Positions 20,284 to 28,919 of a stretch of 64,000 nt of DNA are shown here, piece by piece. Origin of the DNA: an uncultured Gemmatimonadales bacterium. GTDB lineage: Bacteria; Gemmatimonadota; Gemmatimonadetes; Gemmatimonadales; GWC2-71-9. The stretch covers positions 516,601 through 580,600 of the forward strand of contig CAVOOB010000002.1 in assembly GCA_963697435.1 (NCBI GenBank), in the 5' to 3' direction. The notes under the pieces were generated by a model. That model did no database searches. It saw nothing but the letters and a program-made list of their open reading frames with translations, and was not told the DNA's origin. The first letter of the stretch is position 1, and each line of letters begins with the position of its first letter. The position numbers and the translations under genes are program-made.

Positions 20284-21107
20284 GCGCGCTCCGCTTCGAT
20301 GGGGTCGGGTTCACGTATCCAGGCGCGCCCTCGCCGGCGCTGCGCGACTGTACGCTGCGGGCGGACTCGGGGAGCATCACCTGGCTGACCGGTGCGCTCG
20401 GCGCCGGGACCAGCACCGCCCTGCTGACGGCGGCGGGATTGGCGCCGAGCCATACGGGCGGAGAGCGGGCAGGGAGTATCCACACCCTCGGCGTCGATCC
20501 TGCGCTCCCATCGTCAGGGGTGGTGCTCGGGGGCCGAGTGGCCCTCGTCCTCCCGTCACCTGGCACACAGCTTTCCGGGATTGCGGAGACGGTGGCCCAG
20601 GAGGTCGCCTTTGCCCCCGCCAATCTCGGGTGGCCGCGGGCGCGAATCGAGACGCGGGTCGTCGCCGCCATGGAGGTGCTCGCCATCGCCCATCTCGCCA
20701 AACGGGATCCGGGCACACTGTCGGGCGGCGAGATGCAGCGCACAGTGATCGCGTCCATGCTCGTGCTCGAGCCCGAGCTCTGGCTGCTCGATGAACCGAC
20801 CTCCGCGCTCGATGCTCCCGGCCGGGCCCTGGTGCACACCATGATGCGCCGCGAGGCGTCCCGGGGGGCGGCGGTCGTCGTCGCGAGCGAGGACACCGAT
20901 GGATTGCATCTGGTCGCGGACCGCCTGATCGTCTTTGCGGATGGCTGCCCGGTGCTGGACGGTCGGCCGCAGGACGTGCTCCGTGGTGACCAGGTGTGGG
21001 ACGCCGGGGCGGCGTCGACCGCCATCGCGGGGCTCTCGCGTGCCGCGGGGAGCGCGGCTCCGCATCCGTTGACGGTGGACGAGGGGGTGGCTCGATGGGC
21101 GCGGTAA
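20280..21107 (+). CDS. ABC ATPase (EcfA-like) with degenerate Walker A
   Basis: Start GTG at 20280 overlaps the ecfT stop. Walker A reads GALGAGTST, with Thr where the invariant Lys is expected. Signature LSGGEMQR and Walker B LWLLDEPTSALD are canonical. Confidence 0.8.
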   Translation: MSALRFDGVGFTYPGAPSPALRDCTLRADSGSITWLTGALGAGTSTALLTAAGLAPSHTGGERAGSIHTLGVDPALPSSGVVLGGRVALVLPSPGTQLSGIAETVAQEVAFAPANLGWPRARIETRVVAAMEVLAIAHLAKRDPGTLSGGEMQRTVIASMLVLEPELWLLDEPTSALDAPGRALVHTMMRREASRGAAVVVASEDTDGLHLVADRLIVFADGCPVLDGRPQDVLRGDQVWDAGAASTAIAGLSRAAGSAAPHPLTVDEGVARWAR

Positions 21108-21913
21108 GCCCGCTGGTGATGGAAGGCGTCCACTTCGCCTACCGAAACACGCCCGTGCTGGAAGGCGTATCGCTGGACATTGGGGCCGGAGCAGGCGTCG
21201 CACTCCTCGGCGCCAACGGCGCCGGCAAGACGACGCTCACGCGACTGGCGATGGCCCTGCTCCATCCCGACCAGGGACGGGTGACAACGGCGGGGAAGCA
21301 GACGGCAGGTCGCCACCCGGAGGACCTGGCGAGCACCGTCGGCTACCTCTTCCAGCACCCGGAGGCCCAGCTCTTCGCGCGCACCGTGCGCGCCGAGATT
21401 GCCTTCGGCCCGGAGCGCCTCGGCTGGTCCGCCGAGCGAACTGGTGAGGCCGTCGAACAGGTCCTGGACGAGCTGGGGCTTTCGACGCTCGCCGATCATC
21501 ATCCGTATGATCTCCCCCAGCCGACGCGACGGCTGGTGGCGCTCGCGGCGGCGCTGATTGCCCGTCCGCACCTGCTGGTGCTGGACGAGCCGACCGCCGG
21601 CCTCGATCGTGCGGCACGGGCGCGGGTGGCCGACGTCGTGTACGCGCGCCGCGCGGCCGGCACTGCAGTGCTGGCGGTGACGCACGATCTCGGCTTTGCC
21701 GCGGCCGTGCTCGACCGGGCCGTCGTCCTGGAAGGGGGGCGCGTGGCCCGGGAACTCGCTCTCCCGGAGCTCCTGGGGCACCACCCCGACTTTCCGGCTC
21801 CGCCCCTCCTTGAGCTGGCACGCCGACTGGGGCTGGAGGGCGTGCGGCCCGCCGCCGCCGTGCTGGCGCCGCTCTTGACTTCTTCCCCCGAGACCGGGAC
21901 GCTTGAGGCATGA
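21095..21913 (+). CDS. ABC ATPase (EcfA'-like) with degenerate signature motif
   Basis: Canonical Walker A GANGAGKTT and Walker B LLVLDEPTAGLD. The signature position reads LPQPTRRL instead of LSGGQ. Start ATG at 21095 overlaps the previous gene by 13 nt. Confidence 0.8.
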   Translation: MGAVSPLVMEGVHFAYRNTPVLEGVSLDIGAGAGVALLGANGAGKTTLTRLAMALLHPDQGRVTTAGKQTAGRHPEDLASTVGYLFQHPEAQLFARTVRAEIAFGPERLGWSAERTGEAVEQVLDELGLSTLADHHPYDLPQPTRRLVALAAALIARPHLLVLDEPTAGLDRAARARVADVVYARRAAGTAVLAVTHDLGFAAAVLDRAVVLEGGRVARELALPELLGHHPDFPAPPLLELARRLGLEGVRPAAAVLAPLLTSSPETGTLEA

Positions 21914-23367
21914 CTGCACCCTCATCGATCGTTGCTGCGCTGGCGCGGATGCTCGACCTGCTCCAACACGACGCGAATGATCGCGAACACCTGAAGGCCG
22001 GGTTTCGCGATCTCTATGCCGTGATGGAGCCCGCTGGGGCGAGGATCTCGATCGACGTGAAGGGGATGATTGTCGACGGCACGCCTCTTCCGCATGGATT
22101 GCCCGGCGGTGGCGAGGTACGAATTCGGTTTCACACACACGGCATTGGGAGCGTCCGGGTGCCCGCCGGTGTCCGGCCGGCGGACCTCCTCGCCGTGGTG
22201 CGATTGCTGGCCACCGAACCGATTGGGGAACCCACGGTGGAGGCGTTCGTCCAGCGGCTGCCGGTGGAGGCGGCGCTGGCGATCCAGATCGACGGGCCGC
22301 GCCAATTGCCGAAATCGAGCGACACCCGGACGCTGGACAACCTGAGCGCGCCGATCGGCGGCGGTTCGGCGCCCATTCCGCCGCCCCCGCCAGAGCTTCT
22401 CGCGGCGCTGTCGGATCCCGGGGTGCGGGTCCGGCGCGATCAGCCCGGCTACGATCCGCTTCGCGACATCGAGGTGAAGGCGGACCTCGCCTACCGCCGC
22501 GAGGAGTGGGAGGAGTTGCTCGGCCTCGCGACAGAAGTACTTCGCCTCGAGGGGGAGGAGCGTGACGAGAGCCGCCGCCGGCGGTACTCGGTGGGGTTGC
22601 GGCGCATCCTGCCGAAATCGGCGCTCCAGCATATCGCCCGCGCTGCCCTCACCGATGGTCGGCGAGTCGAGGCCACCGCCATTCTGAAGCGGATGGATGC
22701 GGAGGCGGTGGAGGCGCTCCTTGAACTGCTGACGGCCGCACCGACGCTGTCAGAGCGCCGCGGGTACTTCACGGTTCTCACCAAGATGGAGACCGGCACG
22801 GACCGCATTGTCCACCGACTGCATCACCCAGACTGGTTCGTGGTGCGCAACGTGGCGGAACTCTGCGGAGAGCTGCGCCTGGCGAGCGCCGCCCGGCCCC
22901 TGGCCGAACAGGCCTCGCATCGCGACGAGCGCGTGAGGCGGGCAGTGGCCGGTGCGTTATGCAAGATCAGGTCGACGGAGGGACTCGAGGCCCTGCGGCA
23001 GCTGCTGAATGACGTCGAGCCGATGGTGCGGTTGCAGGTGGCCCAGGGAATCGACGGGGATTGGGGGCGCGGGCTGGTCATGTCGATCGCGGTGCGTTTG
23101 CCCGACGAGGGCCACGCCGATGTCTTGCGCGAGATGCACCTGGCACTCGGCCGCGTGGGGAGCGTGGATGCCGTGAAGACGCTGCAGGCAGCGGCGGCGC
23201 CCGCCAGGGGACTGCTCTCAAGAAAACCTGTGGCCGTCCGGTTGGCCGCCGTGGAAGGACTGGCGCTGGCCGGCGGCGCCGTCGCGGCCGGCGTGCTGCA
23301 GGACCTGCTGAGCGATGGCGACGAAGCGGTCCGCACGGCCGCGCAGCGAGGACTCGCCGCCGGTTGA
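21910..23367 (+). CDS. HEAT-repeat protein
   Basis: C-terminal half has repeated ...VRxxAAxALGxI/L... units (DERVRRAVAGALCKI, EPMVRLQVAQGI, VAVRLAAVEGLA, DEAVRTAAQRGL). ATGA overlap with the second ECF ATPase gene. Confidence 0.7.
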   Translation: MTAPSSIVAALARMLDLLQHDANDREHLKAGFRDLYAVMEPAGARISIDVKGMIVDGTPLPHGLPGGGEVRIRFHTHGIGSVRVPAGVRPADLLAVVRLLATEPIGEPTVEAFVQRLPVEAALAIQIDGPRQLPKSSDTRTLDNLSAPIGGGSAPIPPPPPELLAALSDPGVRVRRDQPGYDPLRDIEVKADLAYRREEWEELLGLATEVLRLEGEERDESRRRRYSVGLRRILPKSALQHIARAALTDGRRVEATAILKRMDAEAVEALLELLTAAPTLSERRGYFTVLTKMETGTDRIVHRLHHPDWFVVRNVAELCGELRLASAARPLAEQASHRDERVRRAVAGALCKIRSTEGLEALRQLLNDVEPMVRLQVAQGIDGDWGRGLVMSIAVRLPDEGHADVLREMHLALGRVGSVDAVKTLQAAAAPARGLLSRKPVAVRLAAVEGLALAGGAVAAGVLQDLLSDGDEAVRTAAQRGLAAG

Positions 23368-23379
23368 TGACTCGCGCCC

Positions 23380-24447
23380 CTACTGCGGCGCGAACGCGGT
23401 GTTCGGTTTGACCGATCGGGCGAAGGCCGCCAGCAGGCGGGCGGAACGGTCGAGGTCCTCGAGCTGCACCAGTTCGTTCGGGCTGTGCATGTAGCGGAGC
23501 GGCACGCTCACCACGCCGGTGGCCACGCCGCGGGCGGCGGTAAAGATGTGATCGGCGTCGGTGCTGGTCATCCGCGGCGCGGCCTCGACCGAATACGGGA
23601 TCTTCTCCTTCTCCGCCGCCGCCACCAGCCGGTCGAAGACGGCGGCATTGACAGCGCTGCCACGGCTCAGGACCGGGCCCCCGCCCAGTTGGTAGGCGCC
23701 GTGCCGGCGCTTGTCGATCCCTGGGTAATCGGTGGCATGCGTGACGTCCACCACGATGGCCACCTGCGCGTCGAGCTCCGTGGCGCTGGTGCGCGCGCCC
23801 CCGCCCGTATAGCCGATCTCTTCCTGCGTCGTGCCGACGGCAGTCACCCGTGCCGCAAGCTTCTTTCCCGCCAACAAGCGCAACGCCTCGAGCACCACAT
23901 ACGCCCCGACCCGATTGTCGAGTGAGCGGCTGGAGAGGCGACCGTTCGGCAGGCGCAGCACCTGTGACGTGAGAACGCCTGGGTCTCCCACCTTGACGCG
24001 TGTCAGCGCCTCCTTCCTGTTCTTTGCGCCGATGTCGACCCAGAGGTCTTCGATTTTGGAGACCTTGTCGCGGTCGTCCTTCTCCATCAAGTGGATGGGC
24101 TTCTTGCCGATCACCCCGTCCACCGGGCCGGCCTGGCCGAGCAGGGTGACCCGCTGCCCCACGAACACCTGCGAGTCCCACCCGCCGATGCCGGCAAAGG
24201 AGAGGAAACCGTCGTCGTCGACGTGGACGATCATCAACCCGATCTCATCGAGGTGGCCGGCGAACATGATCCGTGGGGACCCCGCGCCGTTGACCGTGGC
24301 GTAACAATTCCCGTGCACGTCGCTCCGGACGTCATCGGCGAAGGTGGCGGCCTCCCCGCGCCAGAGTCGGGCAGGGGCGGATTCGAAGCCCGAAGGACCG
24401 GGAGCATCCAGGAGCTGGGTCAGGAAATCGTAGGAGCGGGGAGGCAT
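23380..24447 (-). CDS. M42-family metallo-aminopeptidase (FrvX/glutamyl aminopeptidase-like)
   Basis: Typical N-terminus (LLDAPGPSGFE) and metal-binding segments (FAGHLDEIG, DNRVG, TTQEEIG, HS). Confidence 0.85.
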   Translation of the reverse strand: MPPRSYDFLTQLLDAPGPSGFESAPARLWRGEAATFADDVRSDVHGNCYATVNGAGSPRIMFAGHLDEIGLMIVHVDDDGFLSFAGIGGWDSQVFVGQRVTLLGQAGPVDGVIGKKPIHLMEKDDRDKVSKIEDLWVDIGAKNRKEALTRVKVGDPGVLTSQVLRLPNGRLSSRSLDNRVGAYVVLEALRLLAGKKLAARVTAVGTTQEEIGYTGGGARTSATELDAQVAIVVDVTHATDYPGIDKRRHGAYQLGGGPVLSRGSAVNAAVFDRLVAAAEKEKIPYSVEAAPRMTSTDADHIFTAARGVATGVVSVPLRYMHSPNELVQLEDLDRSARLLAAFARSVKPNTAFAPQ

Positions 24448-24492
24448 GGGAGTCCGGTGCGTGAAGGGAAGCGGTGGCGAGGTGTGCCAGCG

Positions 24493-24918
24493 CTAGGGGG
24501 CGAGTCGGCCGGGGGCGGTGGCCAGCAGCACGCCGAAGCCGGCGAGCATGACGGCGAAGGCGGCAATGGTCTGCCCACCCACGGCGAGCACCAGCGCGCC
24601 TACCAGCACCGTTCCCTCGCCGATCGCCCACACCGCCACGGCTTTCGGCAGGTGCTGGCGCCACCAGTGGTCGGGATCCTGCGCGGTGGTGCGCTCCGGA
24701 ATCAGGCGGCGGAACGCCAATCCCGCGAGCAGCCCAGACGCCGCCAGGGCATATGCCGCGAAGGTGACTGCCCCACTCGTCCCGTCGGGAATCGCGAGCG
24801 CGCCACGGAAGTACCAGGCGAGGGCGGCGAGCGTACAGGCGCTGACGCTCAGGCTCAGGTACAGGATGCGGGCGACAGCGGCCTGCGACGTCGGTGATGG
24901 CACAGGGGGTGGTGTCAT
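24493..24918 (-). CDS. Hypothetical membrane protein (about 4 TM)
   Basis: Hydrophobic helices and GC3 bias. No motif recognised. Confidence 0.5.
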   Translation of the reverse strand: MTPPPVPSPTSQAAVARILYLSLSVSACTLAALAWYFRGALAIPDGTSGAVTFAAYALAASGLLAGLAFRRLIPERTTAQDPDHWWRQHLPKAVAVWAIGEGTVLVGALVLAVGGQTIAAFAVMLAGFGVLLATAPGRLAP

Positions 24919-25090
24919 CGTGTGAGAGAAGGTAGGGAGTCGCGCTGCGCACGTCCAGATGTCATTGGGGAGGGGTCGCTACTCCGATTCCCAGTTCCTC
25001 GACTTTCCCTCCGCCAACCACTCGAGGGTGGCCGCCACCCGGCGTGCGCGATGCCGACGTTGGCCTCGCCGGTCTCGGCGGCTCAGGTCG

Positions 25091-25501
25091 TCAACCTTCT
25101 TCGCCTTTCTCGTCGCGAGCGCGCGAGCTCGCGATCCGGAGGGAGGTCACGGCCAGCCCTCCAAGCGCCAGGCCCAGGCCGATGGGGAGAATCCCGAACG
25201 CGCCCAGCAGTCCTCCGCCGGCGGCCGCACTGCGGCTCGCCGCCCCCAGGGCAAACACGCCGGAGAGGCCGAGTAGGAGGGCGATGACGAGACTGACCAT
25301 GTGCGTTCGGCGCAGGGCCAGTGCCACCCGAGGCCCGCCACGCCACAGGTGGACCCCCAAGGCCATGAGCCAGAGTGACGGGAGGGCCAGGAGCGGGACA
25401 CCGACGAGGCCGATGACGGTCGCGAGTGGCAGAAGCAACAGCCCCACCAGGATATGGGCGACGCCGAGTACCCGATGTCGATCGATCCTGGGGGTGGGCA
25501 T
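25091..25501 (-). CDS. Hypothetical membrane protein (about 4 TM)
   Basis: Hydrophobic helices and GC3 bias. 4 nt from the msrB stop. Confidence 0.5.
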   Translation of the reverse strand: MPTPRIDRHRVLGVAHILVGLLLLPLATVIGLVGVPLLALPSLWLMALGVHLWRGGPRVALALRRTHMVSLVIALLLGLSGVFALGAASRSAAAGGGLLGAFGILPIGLGLALGGLAVTSLRIASSRARDEKGEEG

Positions 25502-25504
25502 CGT

Positions 25505-25984
25505 CTACGCCGCGGCCGGGTCGGCGAGCGAGGCCACGTCGGCAGCGCCGGTGAAGGTCAACGATTCCGAGTTCACGCAATAGCGGAGCCCGCTCGGACG
25601 CGGCCCGTCCTCGAAGACATGACCGAGGTGGGCGTCGCACCGTGCGCACAGGATCTCGACCCGGCGCATGCCGTAGGAGCGGTCCTCCTCCGTGGTCACG
25701 TTTTCGTCGGCGATCGGCCGAAAAAAACTGGGCCAGCCGGTGCCCGAATGGAACTTGTGGTCCGACACGAACAACGGCAGCCCGCAACAGAGGCAGGTGT
25801 ACACACCCGCCCGCTTGTTGTCGAGCAGGGTGCCGCAGTGGGGCGCTTCGGTGCCCTTGCCACGGGCAATGCGGTATTGCTCCCTGGTGAGTTGGGCCTG
25901 CCACGCGGCGTCGCTCTTCTCGACGCGCGGCGTCTCTACCGGCCCGACCAGCTGGCCCTCGCGATTGAACACCCTTGCGCGCAT
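25505..25984 (-). CDS. msrB: Peptide-methionine (R)-S-oxide reductase
   Basis: Two CxxC zinc pairs (CLCCGLPLF, CARCDAHLGHVF) and catalytic RYCVNS. Start trimmed to ATG at 25984. Confidence 0.9.
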   Translation of the reverse strand: MRARVFNREGQLVGPVETPRVEKSDAAWQAQLTREQYRIARGKGTEAPHCGTLLDNKRAGVYTCLCCGLPLFVSDHKFHSGTGWPSFFRPIADENVTTEEDRSYGMRRVEILCARCDAHLGHVFEDGPRPSGLRYCVNSESLTFTGAADVASLADPAAA

Positions 25985-25995
25985 CGAGTGCGCGC

Positions 25996-26523
25996 CTACT
26001 CGAACGCCGAGGGGAGGGGATTGCTGGGTCGCTCCGAGTCCCAGAAGACCGAGAGGATCCACCACCGGCTCCCGTCCCAGAACAACTGGATGGAGTTGAT
26101 CCCGCGGGCAAACGGCGCCGTCTCACCGCGGCGCAGGCTCTCGTACGAGCTGAAGGCATGGGCGATGGCTCCATAGCGCTCCGTGCTTCGCTTCAACTCC
26201 CGCTCGGTGAACCCGATGGCGACCAGGAATGAGTCTGCACGCGTTTGATACTGCGCGGGCGTCATGATACGGAGCCCGCACTTTCCGGCGGTATCACATC
26301 CGGTGGGCACCAGGCGGGCCTCGGGGTGCATCAGCGAGTGAAAGCGGTCCCACTGCCGTGGCTGGCCGACCGGTCCGCTGATGACGGCGTAGAGGGTGGT
26401 GATGATGCTGTCGATGGAGCCGACATCGGCTGGACGGGCCGCCGGCCGGTCCTGGGCAGTGCTGGATGCAACGCCGGCGGTGCACACGAGTGCGAGCAGG
26501 AGCGTCGGGAGGCGGCAGGGCAT
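25996..26523 (-). CDS. Hypothetical secreted protein (possibly NTF2/SnoaL-like fold)
   Basis: Signal peptide MPCRLPTLLLALVCTAGVASSTAQ. Start trimmed to ATG at 26523. The fold assignment is a guess. Confidence 0.55.
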   Translation of the reverse strand: MPCRLPTLLLALVCTAGVASSTAQDRPAARPADVGSIDSIITTLYAVISGPVGQPRQWDRFHSLMHPEARLVPTGCDTAGKCGLRIMTPAQYQTRADSFLVAIGFTERELKRSTERYGAIAHAFSSYESLRRGETAPFARGINSIQLFWDGSRWWILSVFWDSERPSNPLPSAFE

Positions 26524-26524
26524 G

Positions 26525-26899
26525 TCAGTCCTTTCCTCTTCGGGGCGGCGGGTCCATCGACTGGCGATCCCAGTGCAGCGTATGAAAGAGGCGGTGCAGC
26601 ACAGGCGCGAGGAGGAGGCCGGCCGCGACGATGAACACGAGTCCGGCAAACAGTGCGTACATGCCGGCGAACAGCTTGCCGGTATCGGTCTGCGGCGCGT
26701 TGACCGGTCCCATGCCGCCCAGCAACATCGCCGCGTTCAGGAAGGCGTCGCGCCAGGCGAGTTCTTCGAACTGAATGTAGCCCAGCATCCCGATGGCCAC
26801 TGAGATCCCGACCAGGGCGAGCGTCACTGCCAGGTGTCGTCCCAGGCGCTGAATAAACGCCCTCATGGGCAGCGGGCGATCCCTTCGTGATTCGTACAT
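26525..26899 (-). CDS. Small 2-TM membrane protein with K+-channel-like pore loop but non-canonical filter
   Basis: TM1 - WRDAFLNAAMLLGGMGPVNAPQTDTGKLFAGMYALFAGL - TM2 aligns by eye to the pore helix/filter/inner helix pattern DAxYFxxxTxTTVGYGDxxPxTxxGKxF. TTVGYGD is replaced by LLGGMGP. Confidence 0.55.
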   Translation of the reverse strand: MYESRRDRPLPMRAFIQRLGRHLAVTLALVGISVAIGMLGYIQFEELAWRDAFLNAAMLLGGMGPVNAPQTDTGKLFAGMYALFAGLVFIVAAGLLLAPVLHRLFHTLHWDRQSMDPPPRRGKD

Positions 26900-26971
26900 C
26901 TGTCCTTCCCATCGGTCCGACGGTTGCAGCGCAGGTGCCGCGCCATCAGGGCAACGCCGTCGCTCTCCCGG

Positions 26972-27283
26972 TCAAGTCGATGACACGTCGTGCCAGAAGG
27001 AAATCTCCGGCGGGCCGGCGAAAATGGTCGCGGCGCTCTGGATGAACGCCTGGATGTGCGGGGTCTGCATGTGCGGGCCGGTGTAGGCGGCTTGGGAGGT
27101 CCAGCGTTCGTACAGCAGGAACTGGGTGTCGTCCGCCGCGTCCTGCAGGGTGGTGATCTCAAGGCAGTCAGGTTCCCTGGCGAGCACCGTCCGGATCAGG
27201 GGGGCCAGCGCCGCCCGTGCGGCGGCACCCTTGCCGGGTTGTGCGCGGTACCTGATGACGACCGTGACGGGGGTGGCGGGCAT
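26972..27283 (-). CDS. ABM (antibiotic biosynthesis monooxygenase-like) domain protein
   Basis: About 103-aa ferredoxin-like alpha+beta pattern (VTVVIRYRAQPGK...FLLYERWTSQAAYTGPHMQTPHIQAF). Start trimmed to ATG at 27283. Lies 23 nt downstream of the flavoprotein gene. Confidence 0.7.
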   Translation of the reverse strand: MPATPVTVVIRYRAQPGKGAAARAALAPLIRTVLAREPDCLEITTLQDAADDTQFLLYERWTSQAAYTGPHMQTPHIQAFIQSAATIFAGPPEISFWHDVSST

Positions 27284-27306
27284 GGAGACTCCGGGCGACG
27301 GGGTGA

Positions 27307-28674
27307 TCAACGAATATCCCCCGCCCTTGGCGAATGCGCCAGCGCCAGGCGCGCCTCTTCGCCCGCGGCCGCGGTCAGGTCCTGGTCGCCCATGGCCACG
27401 CCGACCTTCTTCAGGAACGCGTTGGGCGGTTCGCCACCGGCGAATACCCACATCCAGTCGTTCGGTAGTTCGGTCACAGTGCCGCCGACGGAGATCAACA
27501 CCGACTGCTCGCGCACTTCCGTCGGCTGGGATTCGAAGAGCACGCGGAGCTTCTTCCCTTTCACGGCCTCCTGCAGCTTCCTGGCGTTCCGCTCCTTGAT
27601 CCGGCTGAACTCCGCCTTCCGATAGGAGAGGGTCACCTGGTTCCCCTTCTGATACGCCAGGCCGAGCGCAGCCTCCACCGCACTGTCGCCCCCGCCGACC
27701 ACGAGAATCTTCGAATCGACGTAGGCGTCCGCCTCGATCAGGCTGTACATCACCTTGGGCAGTTCCTCTCCCGGGATGTTCAGCTTTCTCGGCGTCCCAC
27801 GGCGGCCGAGGGCCAGGACGACATGCCGGGTCCGGTAGGTGCCGCCCGTGCTCGTGATGCGGAACGTCGCGTCAGCTTCCCGGTCGATCGACTGCACCTT
27901 TTCGCCAGTGCGAATCTCAAGTCCCGCCTCCTTGATCACGGCACTCCAGAATTCAAGCAGCTCCTCCTTGGAAATTTCGAGCTTCTTGAATTTGCCGTGG
28001 AGCGGGAACTCCACCGGACTCGTCATCACCAGCTTTTGCCTGGGATACTTGGCCACCGTCCCCCCGACCGCTTCCTGCTCGAGGGTCACGTAGGTGAGCG
28101 CCCGTTCCACGGCGCGCAGCGACGCGCTCAGCCCACCGGGGCCCGCGCCGACGATGCACACGTCGCGGACGTCGGGCGCGCTGGGTTGTGAGGCGACCCG
28201 GCGGGCGATCGTGTCCATGCATTCGCGGCCCTGGTTCACCGCGTTCTTGATCAGCGCCAGCCCGCCGAGCTCGCCGATGATGAACAGGCCGGGGATGTTG
28301 CTCTCGAATTCCCGCGAGAGCCGCGGCATGTCGGCGCTGATGCTCGGGTTGGCCATCACGATCTCGATGGCGCCGACCGGGCAGACCTCGGCGCAGAGCC
28401 CATGGCCGATGCACTTGTGCCCGTTGATGATGGCGGCCTTGCCCGCGATCACGGCCAGGACATTCCCTTCCGGGCAGACGTCGATACAGGCGCCGCAGCC
28501 GATGCAGTGCGACACGTCGATGTGCGGATGCTGCGCCCGCGGTCCGCTCGAATGAAGCTTGCCGCGTTCGGCGGCGGCCAGCGCCGCCTGCTCCCGGCGG
28601 TGGGTCTTCCGGATGTGGAGGACCAGCGGGCCGATGAGGAAGAGGCCAAAGACGACGTAAATCAGCAGGTCCAT
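27307..28674 (-). CDS. Membrane-anchored 2x[4Fe-4S] ferredoxin domain fused to FAD/NAD(P)-binding pyridine-nucleotide-disulfide-oxidoreductase-like domain
   Basis: N-terminal TM (MDLLIYVVFGLFLIGPLVLHI) followed by RKTHRRE (positive-inside). CIGCGACIDVCP and CIGHGLCAEVCP clusters. Dinucleotide folds VCIVGAGPGGLSAS and ILVVGGGDSAVEAAL. ATG at 28674 is preferred over the TTG at 28716 used by the track. Confidence 0.85.
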   Translation of the reverse strand: MDLLIYVVFGLFLIGPLVLHIRKTHRREQAALAAAERGKLHSSGPRAQHPHIDVSHCIGCGACIDVCPEGNVLAVIAGKAAIINGHKCIGHGLCAEVCPVGAIEIVMANPSISADMPRLSREFESNIPGLFIIGELGGLALIKNAVNQGRECMDTIARRVASQPSAPDVRDVCIVGAGPGGLSASLRAVERALTYVTLEQEAVGGTVAKYPRQKLVMTSPVEFPLHGKFKKLEISKEELLEFWSAVIKEAGLEIRTGEKVQSIDREADATFRITSTGGTYRTRHVVLALGRRGTPRKLNIPGEELPKVMYSLIEADAYVDSKILVVGGGDSAVEAALGLAYQKGNQVTLSYRKAEFSRIKERNARKLQEAVKGKKLRVLFESQPTEVREQSVLISVGGTVTELPNDWMWVFAGGEPPNAFLKKVGVAMGDQDLTAAAGEEARLALAHSPRAGDIR

Positions 28675-28919
28675 TGTCACTCGGAAGTGTGGGTCGATCG
28701 GCGATGCAGGGTGCAAGTGGGACGGGCAGACTGCACGTGAGGCGCGTCACGCTCGGCCGACGGATGGTCCGGCGGCGCCCGAGTCGATGCACCGTTTGCG
28801 CCTTTCCTCCGGCCGAGCTCGGCCGGGAACAGCGGCGGGGGACCCGGCCAGCCCCCGCGGTACCGCATTCCGCGTTTCGCGACTGAAACATGCCGATCCA
28901 TCCGTAACGAATCGTTGCA

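Noticed and set aside
20063-22138. 691-aa minus-strand ORF
   Set aside because: It is antisense to the ECF T/A/A' genes, which carry clear ABC motifs. It is Arg/Pro/Ser-rich low-complexity sequence.
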